A stretch of 64,000 nt of DNA from contig JBFGJG010000001.1 of the NCBI GenBank assembly GCA_041577295.1, positions 148,117-212,116 of the forward strand, in the 5' to 3' direction. Source of the stretch: Gemmatimonadales bacterium (lineage in GTDB: Bacteria; Gemmatimonadota; Gemmatimonadetes; Gemmatimonadales; GWC2-71-9). Below the pieces are notes generated by a model. The model was not told the origin of the DNA, made no database searches, and saw only the letters and a program-made list of their open reading frames with translations. Both the position numbers and the translations under genes were made by a program. Below are positions 9,189-18,877 of this stretch, piece after piece (positions within the stretch are counted from its first letter, which is position 1; every line of letters begins with the position of its first letter).

Positions 9189-10130
9189 CTAATACACCTC
9201 GAGATCCCGTCCAAACACCACGTCACCATCCCACTCTGCCCGGACCTCCTCTACGAGCTCCTCGGGACCCGTACCCCACAACAGCTGATGGTAGAGCACG
9301 AGCAGCCCCGGTCGCGCCCGTTGCGCGAGGGCTGCTAGCTCACGGGTGGACGTATGGGCGCTGGCGTGATAACGCTGCCACTCCGGTGCACGCCGCTGAA
9401 AGCTGACCTCCGAGTACACCTCGTGAGCGAGCACGTCGCACCCATCGCAGTGCGTGACGATGGTCTCGCTTGGGGCCGCATCTCCTGAAATGACGATCGA
9501 TCGATCGCTCGCCTCAAACCGATATCCAACCGCACTCGGCCACGTTGCATGACGCACCGGAAACGCCGTGACCCGCACACGCTCGTCCTCGAACACCAAT
9601 CCCGAGTCGATGTCGGTCGCCCTCACGCGGTATCCTTGGTGATTCGTGGGTTCGAGACCGTCCGTCCGAACGCGGATGTCCGCCGCGTACGCCTGAAGCA
9701 GGTGCTCCACCATCTCGCGCGTGCCTCTGGGCCCGTAAACCTGGAGCGGTCGGTCGCGACCGAGTACCCACGGCGTAAAGATGAGATCCGGTAGTCCTAC
9801 GGTGTGATCGCTGTGAAGGTGGGTCAGGAAGACGATGTCGAGATCCGGAATCCGAAACGGCCCCAGCCCCTGCTGGTAGGCCGCGTTGGCCCGGCGCACG
9901 ATGCCCGGGCCCGCATCCACCAGATAGGCACGAGTGCCAGCCGTAACGGCCAGCGCCGTCCCAGAACGGTCGGGCTCCGCGTTCGGAGTGCCCGTCCCCA
10001 ACAGCACGAGCTTGGTGCCCGCGCCGCGTTCGGCTGCCGCAGGTTGATCAGCGGTGTCGTCACCTCCCCCACACGCCACGCAGAAGGTGAAGACAGCTGC
10101 TAAGAATGGTCTCGGCCGCAACCCACTCAC
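9189..10130 (-). CDS. MBL-fold metallo-hydrolase, predicted lipoprotein
   Basis: It has 'LTHLHSDHTVG' (HxHxDH) and a lipobox-like 'FTFCVACGG'. The GTG start forms a GTGA overlap with the upstream stop at 10127-10130. Confidence 0.8.
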   Translation of the reverse strand: MSGLRPRPFLAAVFTFCVACGGGDDTADQPAAAERGAGTKLVLLGTGTPNAEPDRSGTALAVTAGTRAYLVDAGPGIVRRANAAYQQGLGPFRIPDLDIVFLTHLHSDHTVGLPDLIFTPWVLGRDRPLQVYGPRGTREMVEHLLQAYAADIRVRTDGLEPTNHQGYRVRATDIDSGLVFEDERVRVTAFPVRHATWPSAVGYRFEASDRSIVISGDAAPSETIVTHCDGCDVLAHEVYSEVSFQRRAPEWQRYHASAHTSTRELAALAQRARPGLLVLYHQLLWGTGPEELVEEVRAEWDGDVVFGRDLEVY

Positions 10131-10888
10131 TTCTCGAAGAATTGCTTGACCGCGCGCTCGAAGTCCGGCGTCGCGCGTGCGAGCGCGTTCACCTCCGCTC
10201 CAAGCGCAATGGCATCCGTGAAGCTCCGTCCATCGATCTCGTAGAGCTGGCGCTTGATAAACGCGAGTGCCGACGGGCTCGAGTCGGCGAGTTGTTGAAT
10301 GAGACTCGCCACGTCCTGTTCGAACCGCTCCGCGGTCGACATCCGCGACACCAGGCCGATGGCCAGCGCCTCGGCGGCCTGCAATAGCCGTCCCGTGGCC
10401 ACCAGATCGAACGCTACCCGTTCTCCAACAGCCCGACGCAGCATGGCCATCACCATTGCAGGCACAAAGCCCCGCGACACCTCTGGATAGCCGAAAACGC
10501 TATCTGCGTGCGCGTGGATCAGGTCGCATGCGGACGCCAAACCGCAGCCTCCGGCGAGCGCACGGCCGTGCACCGCTGCCACAACCGGCTTGGGCAGTTG
10601 CCGCATTCGTACGAACACCTCTCCGAGGTGCGCGGCGTGCGCAGCATTTTCCTGAGGCGTGTTCCCCACGGAATCGAGCAACTCCTGGAGATCGGCTCCT
10701 GCGCAAAAGTCTTTGCCAGCGCCGCGGATGACGACGACGCGCACGTCCGCATCGACGTCGGCTGTTTCCAATCCAGTAATGAGCCCGTCGACCATCGGGC
10801 GGTCCATCGCATTGCGCTTTTCCGGCCGGTTGAGTGTTAGCGTGAGCACCCCGTTCGCGATAGCGGTCACGACCCGCTCAGCGGACAC
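10127..10888 (-). CDS. enoyl-CoA hydratase/isomerase family protein (AtuE/LiuC-like)
   Basis: It has 'GVLTLTLNRPEKRNAM' and 'VVIRGAGKDFCAGADL'. I placed the start at the GTG at 10888, 5 nt after the upstream stop. The ORF-track ATGs at 10954 and 10984 would overlap the upstream gene. Confidence 0.8.
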   Translation of the reverse strand: MSAERVVTAIANGVLTLTLNRPEKRNAMDRPMVDGLITGLETADVDADVRVVVIRGAGKDFCAGADLQELLDSVGNTPQENAAHAAHLGEVFVRMRQLPKPVVAAVHGRALAGGCGLASACDLIHAHADSVFGYPEVSRGFVPAMVMAMLRRAVGERVAFDLVATGRLLQAAEALAIGLVSRMSTAERFEQDVASLIQQLADSSPSALAFIKRQLYEIDGRSFTDAIALGAEVNALARATPDFERAVKQFFEK

Positions 10889-11243
10889 GGAGACCTCCGG
10901 GAACCCTGATTTCCATGCGAAGGAGTGCGGTTGAAAGGACCTTTCCTTGCGCATCGGTCTTGAGGGAGATCGTTCCCCCCCCACCGAGCGCGCCGTGTAA
11001 CAGGAAGTTCAGGGCGTGCAGGTTTGGAAGCTCGAAACGCTCCACTGGTCCTTTGATCACGCCACGGAAGTGCCGGGCAACGCGGGCCGCCGTGACCTCC
11101 TTGGCGAGCACGGGATAGTACTCTGGTCGCAAGGCAATCAACCCAACGTTGGCCGCGTCACCTTTGTCTCCACTGCGGGCATGCGCGAGATCCAGCAGCC
11201 GCACCAGGCGCGTGGCGACGCGTTTTGCTCCCTTCTTACCCAT
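10878..11243 (-). CDS. small AtuA-associated protein (partner of DUF1446 proteins)
   Basis: It is a 121-aa ORF immediately downstream of the AtuA-like gene (5-nt gap). The 'LAHARSGDKGDAANVG...FLLHGALGGGG' pattern is the one I recall from the small proteins that accompany DUF1446. Confidence 0.55.
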   Translation of the reverse strand: MGKKGAKRVATRLVRLLDLAHARSGDKGDAANVGLIALRPEYYPVLAKEVTAARVARHFRGVIKGPVERFELPNLHALNFLLHGALGGGGTISLKTDAQGKVLSTALLRMEIRVPGGLRVR

Positions 11244-11248
11244 GTGGC

Positions 11249-12625
11249 TCAGGCCTCCAGGATCGACACCCGTGGGTGGATCTCCGTCTTCGGAATGAGC
11301 GCCGGCCAGTAGGCTACAATCTCTTCCACCTTTGGCCGCCCGCTGGCGAATCCGGTGACGCTCGGCGGACCGTTGAGGATCAGCGGGGCGATCTCCCGGG
11401 TGAAACGCTCAACCGGTGTCCGGTCCCTCGCCCGAACCCCGATCCGCAGCTGGACCTCCGCCAGTTCCGGTGTCGGCTCTGGCGCGAGTCGGCCGTGCGT
11501 TGCGTTTGCACCAACGAACTCCGTCAGCGTCTCCTCGAATTCGAGGCCCAGCCGTCTCAAACGCTCCCGGAGAATTCTGTCGGCTTTCTTGGCCTTCTTC
11601 AGCGCGTCCGGCCACGCGTAGACGAGCGTGCCCACCGCCTTGTAGCCATAGTGGTAAGACAGAGAAACCTTGAGCGAGTCGGTGGCTTCCCGACCCTTCA
11701 CCCCGGAGACGCCGACACGGTCTCTCCCGACCTGCGCAAGCTGAATGGTCGTGAAGTCCGCCACACAGTCCGGTGTGATGTAATTACGAGGATCGCCCAT
11801 CTCATAGACGAGTTGTTCGGTGACGCTCGCCACTGTGACGCGCCCACCGGTCTTTGCGTGCTTCGTGACCACGAAGGTGCCATCTCGCTGCGCTTCGATG
11901 ATGGGATACCCCGGATCTTCCATCCCAGGAAGCGACTGCCATCCCACGAGACAGTTGCCACCGGTGCACTGCGCCCCACATTCGATGATGTGTCCGGCAA
12001 CCGTTCCGGCGGCAAGGCGATCCCACTGGTTCCGTCGCCAACCAAAGGCATGGATCATCGGGCCCAACGTGAGTCCCGTATCCGTCACGCGCCCCGTGAT
12101 GACCACGTTAGCGTCCCGCTCTAGCGCCTCCACCACAGGCCAGGCACCAAGGTAGGCGTTGGCCGACTCTACCTTATCACGCACGGTGGAGAGGGGCTCA
12201 CCGGTGTCGAGGTTGTTCAGTGCGTGCCCGCTGGCGAGCAGCTCATCGAGCCGATCCAGCATGTCATCGCCCTCGACGATGCCGATCTTCACTTTGCCGT
12301 GCAATCCAAGGTTTCGCGCCTGTTCCGCAACGGCTGCGGCACACGCCTGCGGATTGACCCCCCCTGCGTTCGCCGTGACGCGGATACCGCGCTCGACCAG
12401 GGCGGGAAGCAGCTTCCGCATGAGCGGCACGAAGTCTTTGGCGTAGCCGAGATTGGGATCGCGCCGTCGCTGCTTCTGCATGATGGACATGGTCACCTCG
12501 GCCAGGTAATCCATCATGAGATAATCGATCGGACCGCCCTCGACCTGCCGCAAAGGTGCCTCGAGCCAGTCACCCCAGAACCCCTGGCCTGACGCGATAC
12601 GGACCAACGTACCGTCAGTCATCAA
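11249..12625 (-). CDS. atuA: acyclic terpene utilisation AtuA family protein (DUF1446)
   Basis: The N-terminus is '[41 protein letters not shown]' and the protein is about 458 aa, as is typical of AtuA/DUF1446. Confidence 0.75.
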   Translation of the reverse strand: MMTDGTLVRIASGQGFWGDWLEAPLRQVEGGPIDYLMMDYLAEVTMSIMQKQRRRDPNLGYAKDFVPLMRKLLPALVERGIRVTANAGGVNPQACAAAVAEQARNLGLHGKVKIGIVEGDDMLDRLDELLASGHALNNLDTGEPLSTVRDKVESANAYLGAWPVVEALERDANVVITGRVTDTGLTLGPMIHAFGWRRNQWDRLAAGTVAGHIIECGAQCTGGNCLVGWQSLPGMEDPGYPIIEAQRDGTFVVTKHAKTGGRVTVASVTEQLVYEMGDPRNYITPDCVADFTTIQLAQVGRDRVGVSGVKGREATDSLKVSLSYHYGYKAVGTLVYAWPDALKKAKKADRILRERLRRLGLEFEETLTEFVGANATHGRLAPEPTPELAEVQLRIGVRARDRTPVERFTREIAPLILNGPPSVTGFASGRPKVEEIVAYWPALIPKTEIHPRVSILEA

Positions 12626-12652
12626 TCTCCAGGCGGTGCGGCAGCGGGCTCG

Positions 12653-15529
12653 TCAGGGTGTCTCGAGCGCTGGTTCGGGCAGCTTCGAGGCGCCCCGGCG
12701 TACCGAGGACCCGCCATTCGAAAGGGTCGCACGGACCTCGATTAGTGGATCAAAGCCCTCGGGGATTGGCACGGGCGCTGCTTCTGACGGGATGGCCACG
12801 GCCCGCGCTTCGTAGGGGGACAGCTCCACCACGGATTCCGCCATCGTGGAGTCCTGATGGAGCGCTCTCTGCGTGGCGAGTTCGAAGATGATGCGAATCT
12901 CGGCGTCCCAAGTTTCGGGAGCCTCGAGGTGTGCGAAGCCCGGAAGCAACTCCAGGTCGATCCATCCACCTACTCTCGACGAGTCGAGTTCCACGCGGTG
13001 GCGACCGAAGGCGTAGTTGAGCGGAGAATCGCTCACCTTGCGACCCGTCGAATCGAACACCGTGACCCCAAAGTCCGTCAGCTGATGCCAGAGTGGCGGC
13101 GGAACAGCCACATCCACCACCAATCGGCTCGCCCACCTGGGCGGCGCCAACCGGACGACGACCGGCCCGGATCTCTTGCCTGTGACCCGTTTCGTTTGCA
13201 CGGCGCCAACGAGGTCAGCTTCGACGCGCATTGCCCGCGAGGACGCGGTGGGATTTTGCACCACGACGCGTGGCCCCGAGTCGATCGTGGCGATGACGAC
13301 CTCCGGCAGGCGCGCCGTGAGCGAATACCGCACACCCCCGGTAGGGGGAGCAACCACCACCGCCTCGTACACACCGGACACGAGATCGTCGGTCGACACG
13401 CGCAGGGTCACTATATGGCTACCCTCGTCCCCTGCGGTGATGCTGCTCTGATCGCGGAACGGCTGGCCCGATGGCTCGTACAGGTACAGGGTGGCTTCCC
13501 CGGTGCCACGGATTTCCAGCGTGACCTCGAAGCCCCCTCGCTCGGACGGAACGGACAGAAAGAATCGGGACAGCTCGCCAGGTGCCAAGCTGCCCGAGGT
13601 TTCGAATCCTTCTTCGATGGCATGAGGAACCACGACGCTATTCACGAGCGCCAGCGACGGACCAGCGATCGTATCCGTTGCCGGGGAGGCCCAGACGGTT
13701 CCGACATAGAGACCCGGATCCTGGAGCCGCAACGCGTCGTAGCGAACCGTGACGGTCTCCGGCCGTCCTTCGAGATCGATACTCGAAGGCACCCGGAGCC
13801 ATGGCGCGTCAGGCTCGAGGAGAAGGCGGGCAGCGGGTTGCCCTCCGACGGAGCGGATCACGAAGCGCTGCAGCGTGTCCGCGCTCGACCGAAGACCCGT
13901 TCGGCGAAATGCTGCGGGTCGCTCGTCGGTATCCTCACCCAAAGCACGAACCTCGTAGATGCCCGTCTGATGCGCCGCGAGGAGCCAGCGATAGGCGCGC
14001 AGGACGTCTACTACGCCTGCGCCGGCGTCGAGGACCGTAGCACCCGAGATCGGCTTGGCCGTTGCCATCATGGCGCGCTTGAGATCCACCGCTCGGATCG
14101 TGCGTCCCTGCTGCTTCATCGCGGACAACAGGAGCGCTCCGACTCCACTCACGTGGGGCGCCGCCATGCTCGTCCCACCCGAAACCTCCTCGCCCACCCG
14201 CCACTGTGGGACGCTGGAAAAAGCGACCCCGGGCGCACACACGTCGGGCTTGGCCACCTCTCCTCCTCGACCGCTCCACCACCCGAGGATATCGGGCGCG
14301 GGGGCGACACCGCTCTGTGGCGGCCGCGCGAACACCCCGGGGAAGAGCGCACAGACCGATAGCGCGCGCTCCGCCGAGCCGGGAAACCCTACCGTCGACA
14401 GCCCGGGACCGTCGTTTCCGGCGCTGATAACGACGAGGACATCCGGATGCTTCAGGGCGAACTCGTCGATCACCGAGTCAATCGCTGCAGCTCCCTCTTG
14501 CTCATTGCCAACGCCAAAGCTGAGGTTGATTACGAGCGGCAGTCCTCGCTGTTCAGCAAACACCGCCGCGTAGTTCAGCGCGCGGAGCATGCTGCCCGTC
14601 ATCGAAATACCGCCTCTCGTGTTATTGGAAATCTTGAGACCCAGCAGCCACGCCCCGGGGGCAACACCATCGAACCCCTGCACCCCGAAGAGATTGTGGC
14701 CCGCGGCGATACCCGCGACATGCGTACCGTGGCTGGAGTTGTCGAGAAACAGGTCGAGGAGCGGCTGTCCCCCGTACTCAACGAGGTTCGCCGCGACGGT
14801 GATGGGGCCCTTCATTCTGGGATCACTGCGGAACGTGAGCACTTCGCCTGCCACTGCGAAGTCGCGGACATGCGGCTCTCCGGCGAGCGAGCCGTCACCA
14901 TCTGTATCGGCGAAGAGCACCCAGCCCGCGGTCGACCTGGCCACGAGGAGCGGAAGCTCATCGGTCACGCGCCCGTTGCCGTTGATGTCCCCCTCAGGCG
15001 CGGTACCGAGCGTGATCTCTCGGAAGACGCCGCCGTAAAAGGGTGGGGTCGCAACACGGGCAACGCGTCCGAAGCCTTGGAGGCGGTGGCGTCCGATCGT
15101 GATGGTGCCATCGGAAGCGGGTCGCACCAGTGTCAAGGGAACACGTCCCTCTCCCGAGAAATCGCGCAGGTCGAGGATCTTGCGGTCACCGGTGGTGGTC
15201 TCGCCAAGGCCGAGGACGCCCGCATCGATGCCGCTATCCAGAATGGCAATGACGACTCCACGGCCGTCGTAATTCGGTCGTGCCACTCGAAACGTGTCTG
15301 CCCCGCTGCTCCGTAGCGGCATCAGACCGGCCAGCATGGCCAGCTGTGGAGGCAGCACCGGTTCGCGCGGAGGTGGTGGCGTGATGGCGCGAGGCTCCTC
15401 GGGCGGGGCGTCGGCAAGCGTTGCGTCCGCGCGGCTCGGCTCCGGCGTGGGAGTGGGCGCGGGACCGCTGGCGCATGCCGCAGACACAGACACAAACGTC
15501 ACGAGCAGCCAAGCGCGGGTTCCGATCAT
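12653..15529 (-). CDS. S8 family serine peptidase, large secreted lipoprotein (tripeptidyl-peptidase-II-like spacing of the triad)
   Basis: The catalytic triad is Asp 'AILDSGID', His 'HGTHVAGIAAG' and Ser 'GGTSMAAPHVSG', with about 170 residues between Asp and His. The signal peptide/lipobox is 'LLVTFVSVSAAC'. The start forms an ATGA overlap with the upstream stop at 15526-15529. Confidence 0.9.
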   Translation of the reverse strand: MIGTRAWLLVTFVSVSAACASGPAPTPTPEPSRADATLADAPPEEPRAITPPPPREPVLPPQLAMLAGLMPLRSSGADTFRVARPNYDGRGVVIAILDSGIDAGVLGLGETTTGDRKILDLRDFSGEGRVPLTLVRPASDGTITIGRHRLQGFGRVARVATPPFYGGVFREITLGTAPEGDINGNGRVTDELPLLVARSTAGWVLFADTDGDGSLAGEPHVRDFAVAGEVLTFRSDPRMKGPITVAANLVEYGGQPLLDLFLDNSSHGTHVAGIAAGHNLFGVQGFDGVAPGAWLLGLKISNNTRGGISMTGSMLRALNYAAVFAEQRGLPLVINLSFGVGNEQEGAAAIDSVIDEFALKHPDVLVVISAGNDGPGLSTVGFPGSAERALSVCALFPGVFARPPQSGVAPAPDILGWWSGRGGEVAKPDVCAPGVAFSSVPQWRVGEEVSGGTSMAAPHVSGVGALLLSAMKQQGRTIRAVDLKRAMMATAKPISGATVLDAGAGVVDVLRAYRWLLAAHQTGIYEVRALGEDTDERPAAFRRTGLRSSADTLQRFVIRSVGGQPAARLLLEPDAPWLRVPSSIDLEGRPETVTVRYDALRLQDPGLYVGTVWASPATDTIAGPSLALVNSVVVPHAIEEGFETSGSLAPGELSRFFLSVPSERGGFEVTLEIRGTGEATLYLYEPSGQPFRDQSSITAGDEGSHIVTLRVSTDDLVSGVYEAVVVAPPTGGVRYSLTARLPEVVIATIDSGPRVVVQNPTASSRAMRVEADLVGAVQTKRVTGKRSGPVVVRLAPPRWASRLVVDVAVPPPLWHQLTDFGVTVFDSTGRKVSDSPLNYAFGRHRVELDSSRVGGWIDLELLPGFAHLEAPETWDAEIRIIFELATQRALHQDSTMAESVVELSPYEARAVAIPSEAAPVPIPEGFDPLIEVRATLSNGGSSVRRGASKLPEPALETP

Positions 15530-17148
15530 GTGGAGGGCACCTCACGGGTGGGAAGCACGAATGGGCCGATATGGGGACCGCGGTAGTGTTGCACGACTTC
15601 GAGCGCAAACGTGAGCAACACCCGTGTGTCCTCTGGTGGCACGATGGCATCGACGAATCCGCGGGCGCCCGCGAACTTGGCGTCGAGCTGGTGCTCGTAA
15701 TCCTCTCGCATTTTTTCGACAGCTTCCGCCGTCGCCTCGTCCTCCGCCCGATCACCGAACACGGCGCGCACCGCCGAGTCACCTTCCATCACCCCCATCC
15801 TCCCTGTGGGCCACGAGAGAATGAAGTCGGGATCGAATCCCTGTCCCGCCATGGCGTAATAGCCGGCGCCCGATGCGTGATTGACCGTCAGCACTAGCTT
15901 CGGGACGACGGCGGTGGCCATCGCCTCGACGAACTGTGCCCCCGCCCTGATGATGCCCGAGTGTTCCGCTTCCGGACCAACCATGAACCCGCTGACGTCC
16001 TGAATGAACAGCAGGGGAATCCCCTCGCGGTTGGCCGTGTCGATGAAGTACGCGACCTTCTCAGCACTTTCCGTGTACACGATGCCGCCGATTCGCGGTC
16101 GGGTTCCCACGGCGCCTTTGATCAACCCCCGTTGGTTCGCGATGATCGCTACGGAATGTCCCTCGATCAACGCATGGCCGCACAGCATTTCACGCGCCAC
16201 ATCAGGCTGAAACTCGTCGAGCTTTCCACCATCGATGATACACGCCAGGACGTCTTGCATGTCGTACGCCATTCGGTGGTCCGGCGGCAGGAGATCGTAC
16301 AACTCCGCAGGCAACCGTACAGGTTGCGTGCTTGCGCTGCGCCCTGCCCTGACATTCGGGACCCGACCGGCTGGGAGGCGGGCGACGTAGTCTCGAATCA
16401 GGGTGAGGCACGCCTCATCGTCGGCGGCACGATAATGCGCGACGCGGCTCGTCGTGGTGTGTGTGAGTGCGCCACCAAGCGTTTCCGCGTCCACCCGTTG
16501 TCCGGTCGCACCCTGCACCAGGTTGGGCCCCCCCAATCCCATGAAGGAAGTTCCCTCCACCATGAAAATCACGTCAGACAGCGCAGGCAAATACGCCCCT
16601 CCAGCGACACAGGGACCCATGACGGCACTGACCTGCGGCACGTGGAGGTAGTGGCGCATGATGGAGTTGTAGTAGAAGATGCGCGCCGCCCCATACTGTC
16701 CTGGGAAGACCCCTCCCTGATATGGGAGGTTCACACCGGCGGAATCCACCAGATAGACAATCGGGATCCGCTGACGCATCGCGATCTCTTGCGCCCGGAG
16801 GATCTTCTTGATCGTTTCGGGCCACCACGACCCGGCTTTGACAGTCGCATCGTTGGCCACGACCACGCAGTGATGCTCCGCGATGATGCCCACCCCCGTG
16901 ATGACTCCCGCGCCCGGTGCCTGGCCCTCGTACTGATCGTGCGCGACGAGCAAGCCGACCTCGAGCCAGGGGGTATCCCGGTCGAGGAGGCGCCGGACCC
17001 GCTCACGGGCGGTGAGCTTTCCCTGCTCGTGCTGGCGCTGGATTTTGGCCTCGCCACCACCCAGCTCCAAGCGAGCCGCCAGCTCACGATATTCCTCGGT
17101 CAACTCTCGCAGGCGGTTGCGAGAGCCGGTGGCCGTTCCGCCACTCAC
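15526..17148 (-). CDS. acyl-CoA carboxylase carboxyltransferase (beta) subunit, methylcrotonyl-/geranyl-CoA carboxylase-like
   Basis: It resembles the carboxyl-transferase family throughout ('GKLTARERV', '[13 protein letters not shown]', '[16 protein letters not shown]', '[12 protein letters not shown]'). The GTG at 17148 forms a GTGA overlap with the upstream stop. Confidence 0.85.
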   Translation of the reverse strand: MSGGTATGSRNRLRELTEEYRELAARLELGGGEAKIQRQHEQGKLTARERVRRLLDRDTPWLEVGLLVAHDQYEGQAPGAGVITGVGIIAEHHCVVVANDATVKAGSWWPETIKKILRAQEIAMRQRIPIVYLVDSAGVNLPYQGGVFPGQYGAARIFYYNSIMRHYLHVPQVSAVMGPCVAGGAYLPALSDVIFMVEGTSFMGLGGPNLVQGATGQRVDAETLGGALTHTTTSRVAHYRAADDEACLTLIRDYVARLPAGRVPNVRAGRSASTQPVRLPAELYDLLPPDHRMAYDMQDVLACIIDGGKLDEFQPDVAREMLCGHALIEGHSVAIIANQRGLIKGAVGTRPRIGGIVYTESAEKVAYFIDTANREGIPLLFIQDVSGFMVGPEAEHSGIIRAGAQFVEAMATAVVPKLVLTVNHASGAGYYAMAGQGFDPDFILSWPTGRMGVMEGDSAVRAVFGDRAEDEATAEAVEKMREDYEHQLDAKFAGARGFVDAIVPPEDTRVLLTFALEVVQHYRGPHIGPFVLPTREVPST

Positions 17149-17585
17149 TCGACGCGACCCGCGGCCCACGTTCGGATGTATTCGATGATCTCGGTGGTGG
17201 GTGTGCCTGGGGTGAAGATCTTCGCGACGCCCTGCTCCCCGAGCCGGTCGATATCGTCCTGTGGGATGATGCCGCCGCCGATGAGCAACACGTCACCGCG
17301 CCCGGCATCTGTCAGGAGGTCACGCACTCGTGGAAAGAGGGTCATGTGCGCACCCGAGAGAATCGACAGGCCCACGACGTCGACATCCTCCTGAACCGCG
17401 GCCGTGGCGATCATTTCCGGGGTCTGATGCAGTCCCGTGTAGATGACCTCCATCCCCGCGTCCCGCAGTGCGGCCGCGACGACTTTGGCGCCGCGATCAT
17501 GGCCGTCGAGCCCGGGTTTGCCCACGAGAACGCGGATCGGTCGCACGGCCGATTGGCTGGCCTTCCGTTTCACCGCTGGATTCAT
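17145..17585 (-). CDS. icmB: acyl-CoA mutase small subunit, cobalamin-binding domain (IcmB-like)
   Basis: It has the B12-binding DxHxxG motif '[12 protein letters not shown]' and '[11 protein letters not shown]', and is about 146 aa like the ICM small subunit. Confidence 0.8.
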   Translation of the reverse strand: MNPAVKRKASQSAVRPIRVLVGKPGLDGHDRGAKVVAAALRDAGMEVIYTGLHQTPEMIATAAVQEDVDVVGLSILSGAHMTLFPRVRDLLTDAGRGDVLLIGGGIIPQDDIDRLGEQGVAKIFTPGTPTTEIIEYIRTWAAGRVE

Positions 17586-17643
17586 TGTGCGCGCAACGTA
17601 CCGTGGGGCGGAGTGGCGAACAAGCGGCTGCCATCCATGGGGG

Positions 17644-18843
17644 CTAGCGCGCTCTGAATCGCAGCAGTGCCGCGAGCCCGTCTACGTCCGATCGGCCCGT
17701 TTCGTCTTCGACCACCTCGACGTGCCCCCCCAATCGCAGAGTGTCTTCGATGGCGTCGTCGATCACATCGGGGACCGCGTCGGGCGCACCCTCGCCATCG
17801 CACGCGTCCCGCACGCTCGTGAGCCGTCCAGACGTCGAACAGCGGAACCCGGAACGCTCGGCAGTGGGATCGACGAGCAGCGTACGCACCTGTCCGTGCG
17901 ACAGGGCGCGCAGGCTCGCTTCCACCCCGCTCACGGCCCACCCCCGACCGCGCGCTTCCCGCAGCTCCTCGATATACTTCGCCTCCCATTCTCGCTCCAT
18001 GGTGCGACGCACGGCCAGGACAGACTCCATCACCTCTGCGGGGGAGGCGCTCTTGGGATTGAGGCGCGTCGCTCCCAAAACCTGGCGGGCGAGGTACGGG
18101 TGCAGGTGCGGACGGACGGCATCCGCGTCCGCCCCGGTCCCGGCGAGGACAATGCCGCGAACAGAGTTTCCGCGCGCCAAATCGAACAATCGTTGTGCGA
18201 TCTGTGCGTAGTGACGATGCTTCTCCTCTTGGATTCGCTGATTGAAGTTGTGTTCCCCCGCGCCCGCCAACCCGGCGCCGGCGGAGTGTGCCGTGCGACC
18301 TCCGTGGAACCGCCCGGCGCGCGTCGTGTCACCTGCGGGCAGCCCCGTCAGCTCCTCAGCACCAAAGGCGGACACCTTGAAGAACCTCGCGCTGGTGCGA
18401 TCGTACACCGTGCAGAGAACCATGCCGAACTCGTCGTCGAGCGCTGCGAGCTCGCGGACGAGCGGTGTCCGATCTACCGCGAGCCGCGAACGCAAGACCC
18501 GAGGAAGCGGTAGGGCCGCGAACAGCTCCAACGGCTCCGCAGCGAACACCGCAATGCCCCGTCCGGGCGGCAGGTTCCCCGGATGCTCCAGGTACTCGCG
18601 GACTCGGCGGAGGTCCCGCTCGACCGTCTCCCGAACCGCTCGGTCCACTCCGCGCTCGTCGAGCCACTCGAGCCGTTCCCGGACGCGGTTCTTCAGCTTG
18701 ATCAAGTATTTGCCACGGCTCCGGTCGCGCGGCTCGAGCTTGAGATAGCACGATACGAACCACTGCGCGTGCTCTGCTCCGAGTCGGGTCAGCCACTCAA
18801 CAACAGGCCCTACAGACGTGGTCGCGGCGTCCATCCCGTCCAT
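17644..18843 (-). CDS. eRF1/Pelota/Vms1-like (bacterial baeRF superfamily) protein
   Basis: 'GRFHGG...[25 protein letters not shown]...[21 protein letters not shown]' matches the pattern I recall for bacterial Vms1/eRF1-like proteins. I placed the start at the ATG at 18843, downstream of the mutase stop at 18878; the ORF-track start at 19050 would overlap that gene. Confidence 0.5.
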   Translation of the reverse strand: MDGMDAATTSVGPVVEWLTRLGAEHAQWFVSCYLKLEPRDRSRGKYLIKLKNRVRERLEWLDERGVDRAVRETVERDLRRVREYLEHPGNLPPGRGIAVFAAEPLELFAALPLPRVLRSRLAVDRTPLVRELAALDDEFGMVLCTVYDRTSARFFKVSAFGAEELTGLPAGDTTRAGRFHGGRTAHSAGAGLAGAGEHNFNQRIQEEKHRHYAQIAQRLFDLARGNSVRGIVLAGTGADADAVRPHLHPYLARQVLGATRLNPKSASPAEVMESVLAVRRTMEREWEAKYIEELREARGRGWAVSGVEASLRALSHGQVRTLLVDPTAERSGFRCSTSGRLTSVRDACDGEGAPDAVPDVIDDAIEDTLRLGGHVEVVEDETGRSDVDGLAALLRFRAR

Positions 18844-18877
18844 TCGCAGATTTACCTCCCCGTCCGCGACGAAGACA

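Noticed and set aside
12857-14362. Long ORFs antisense to, or out of frame with, clearly recognisable genes. Examples are 916-1698(-), 11225-12124(+), 12857-14362(+, 501 aa), 15961-17394(+, 477 aa), 17443-18513(+), 20520-21590(+), 22701-23606(+), 25256-26200(-), 36156-37229(+), 47892-48827(-), 53745-54533(-) and 57913-58617(-).
   Set aside because: Each lies entirely inside a gene with strong family motifs on the other strand or frame. Their translations are Arg/Pro/Gly/Ala-rich and low in complexity, as expected for shadow ORFs in GC-rich DNA. None shows a recognisable motif.
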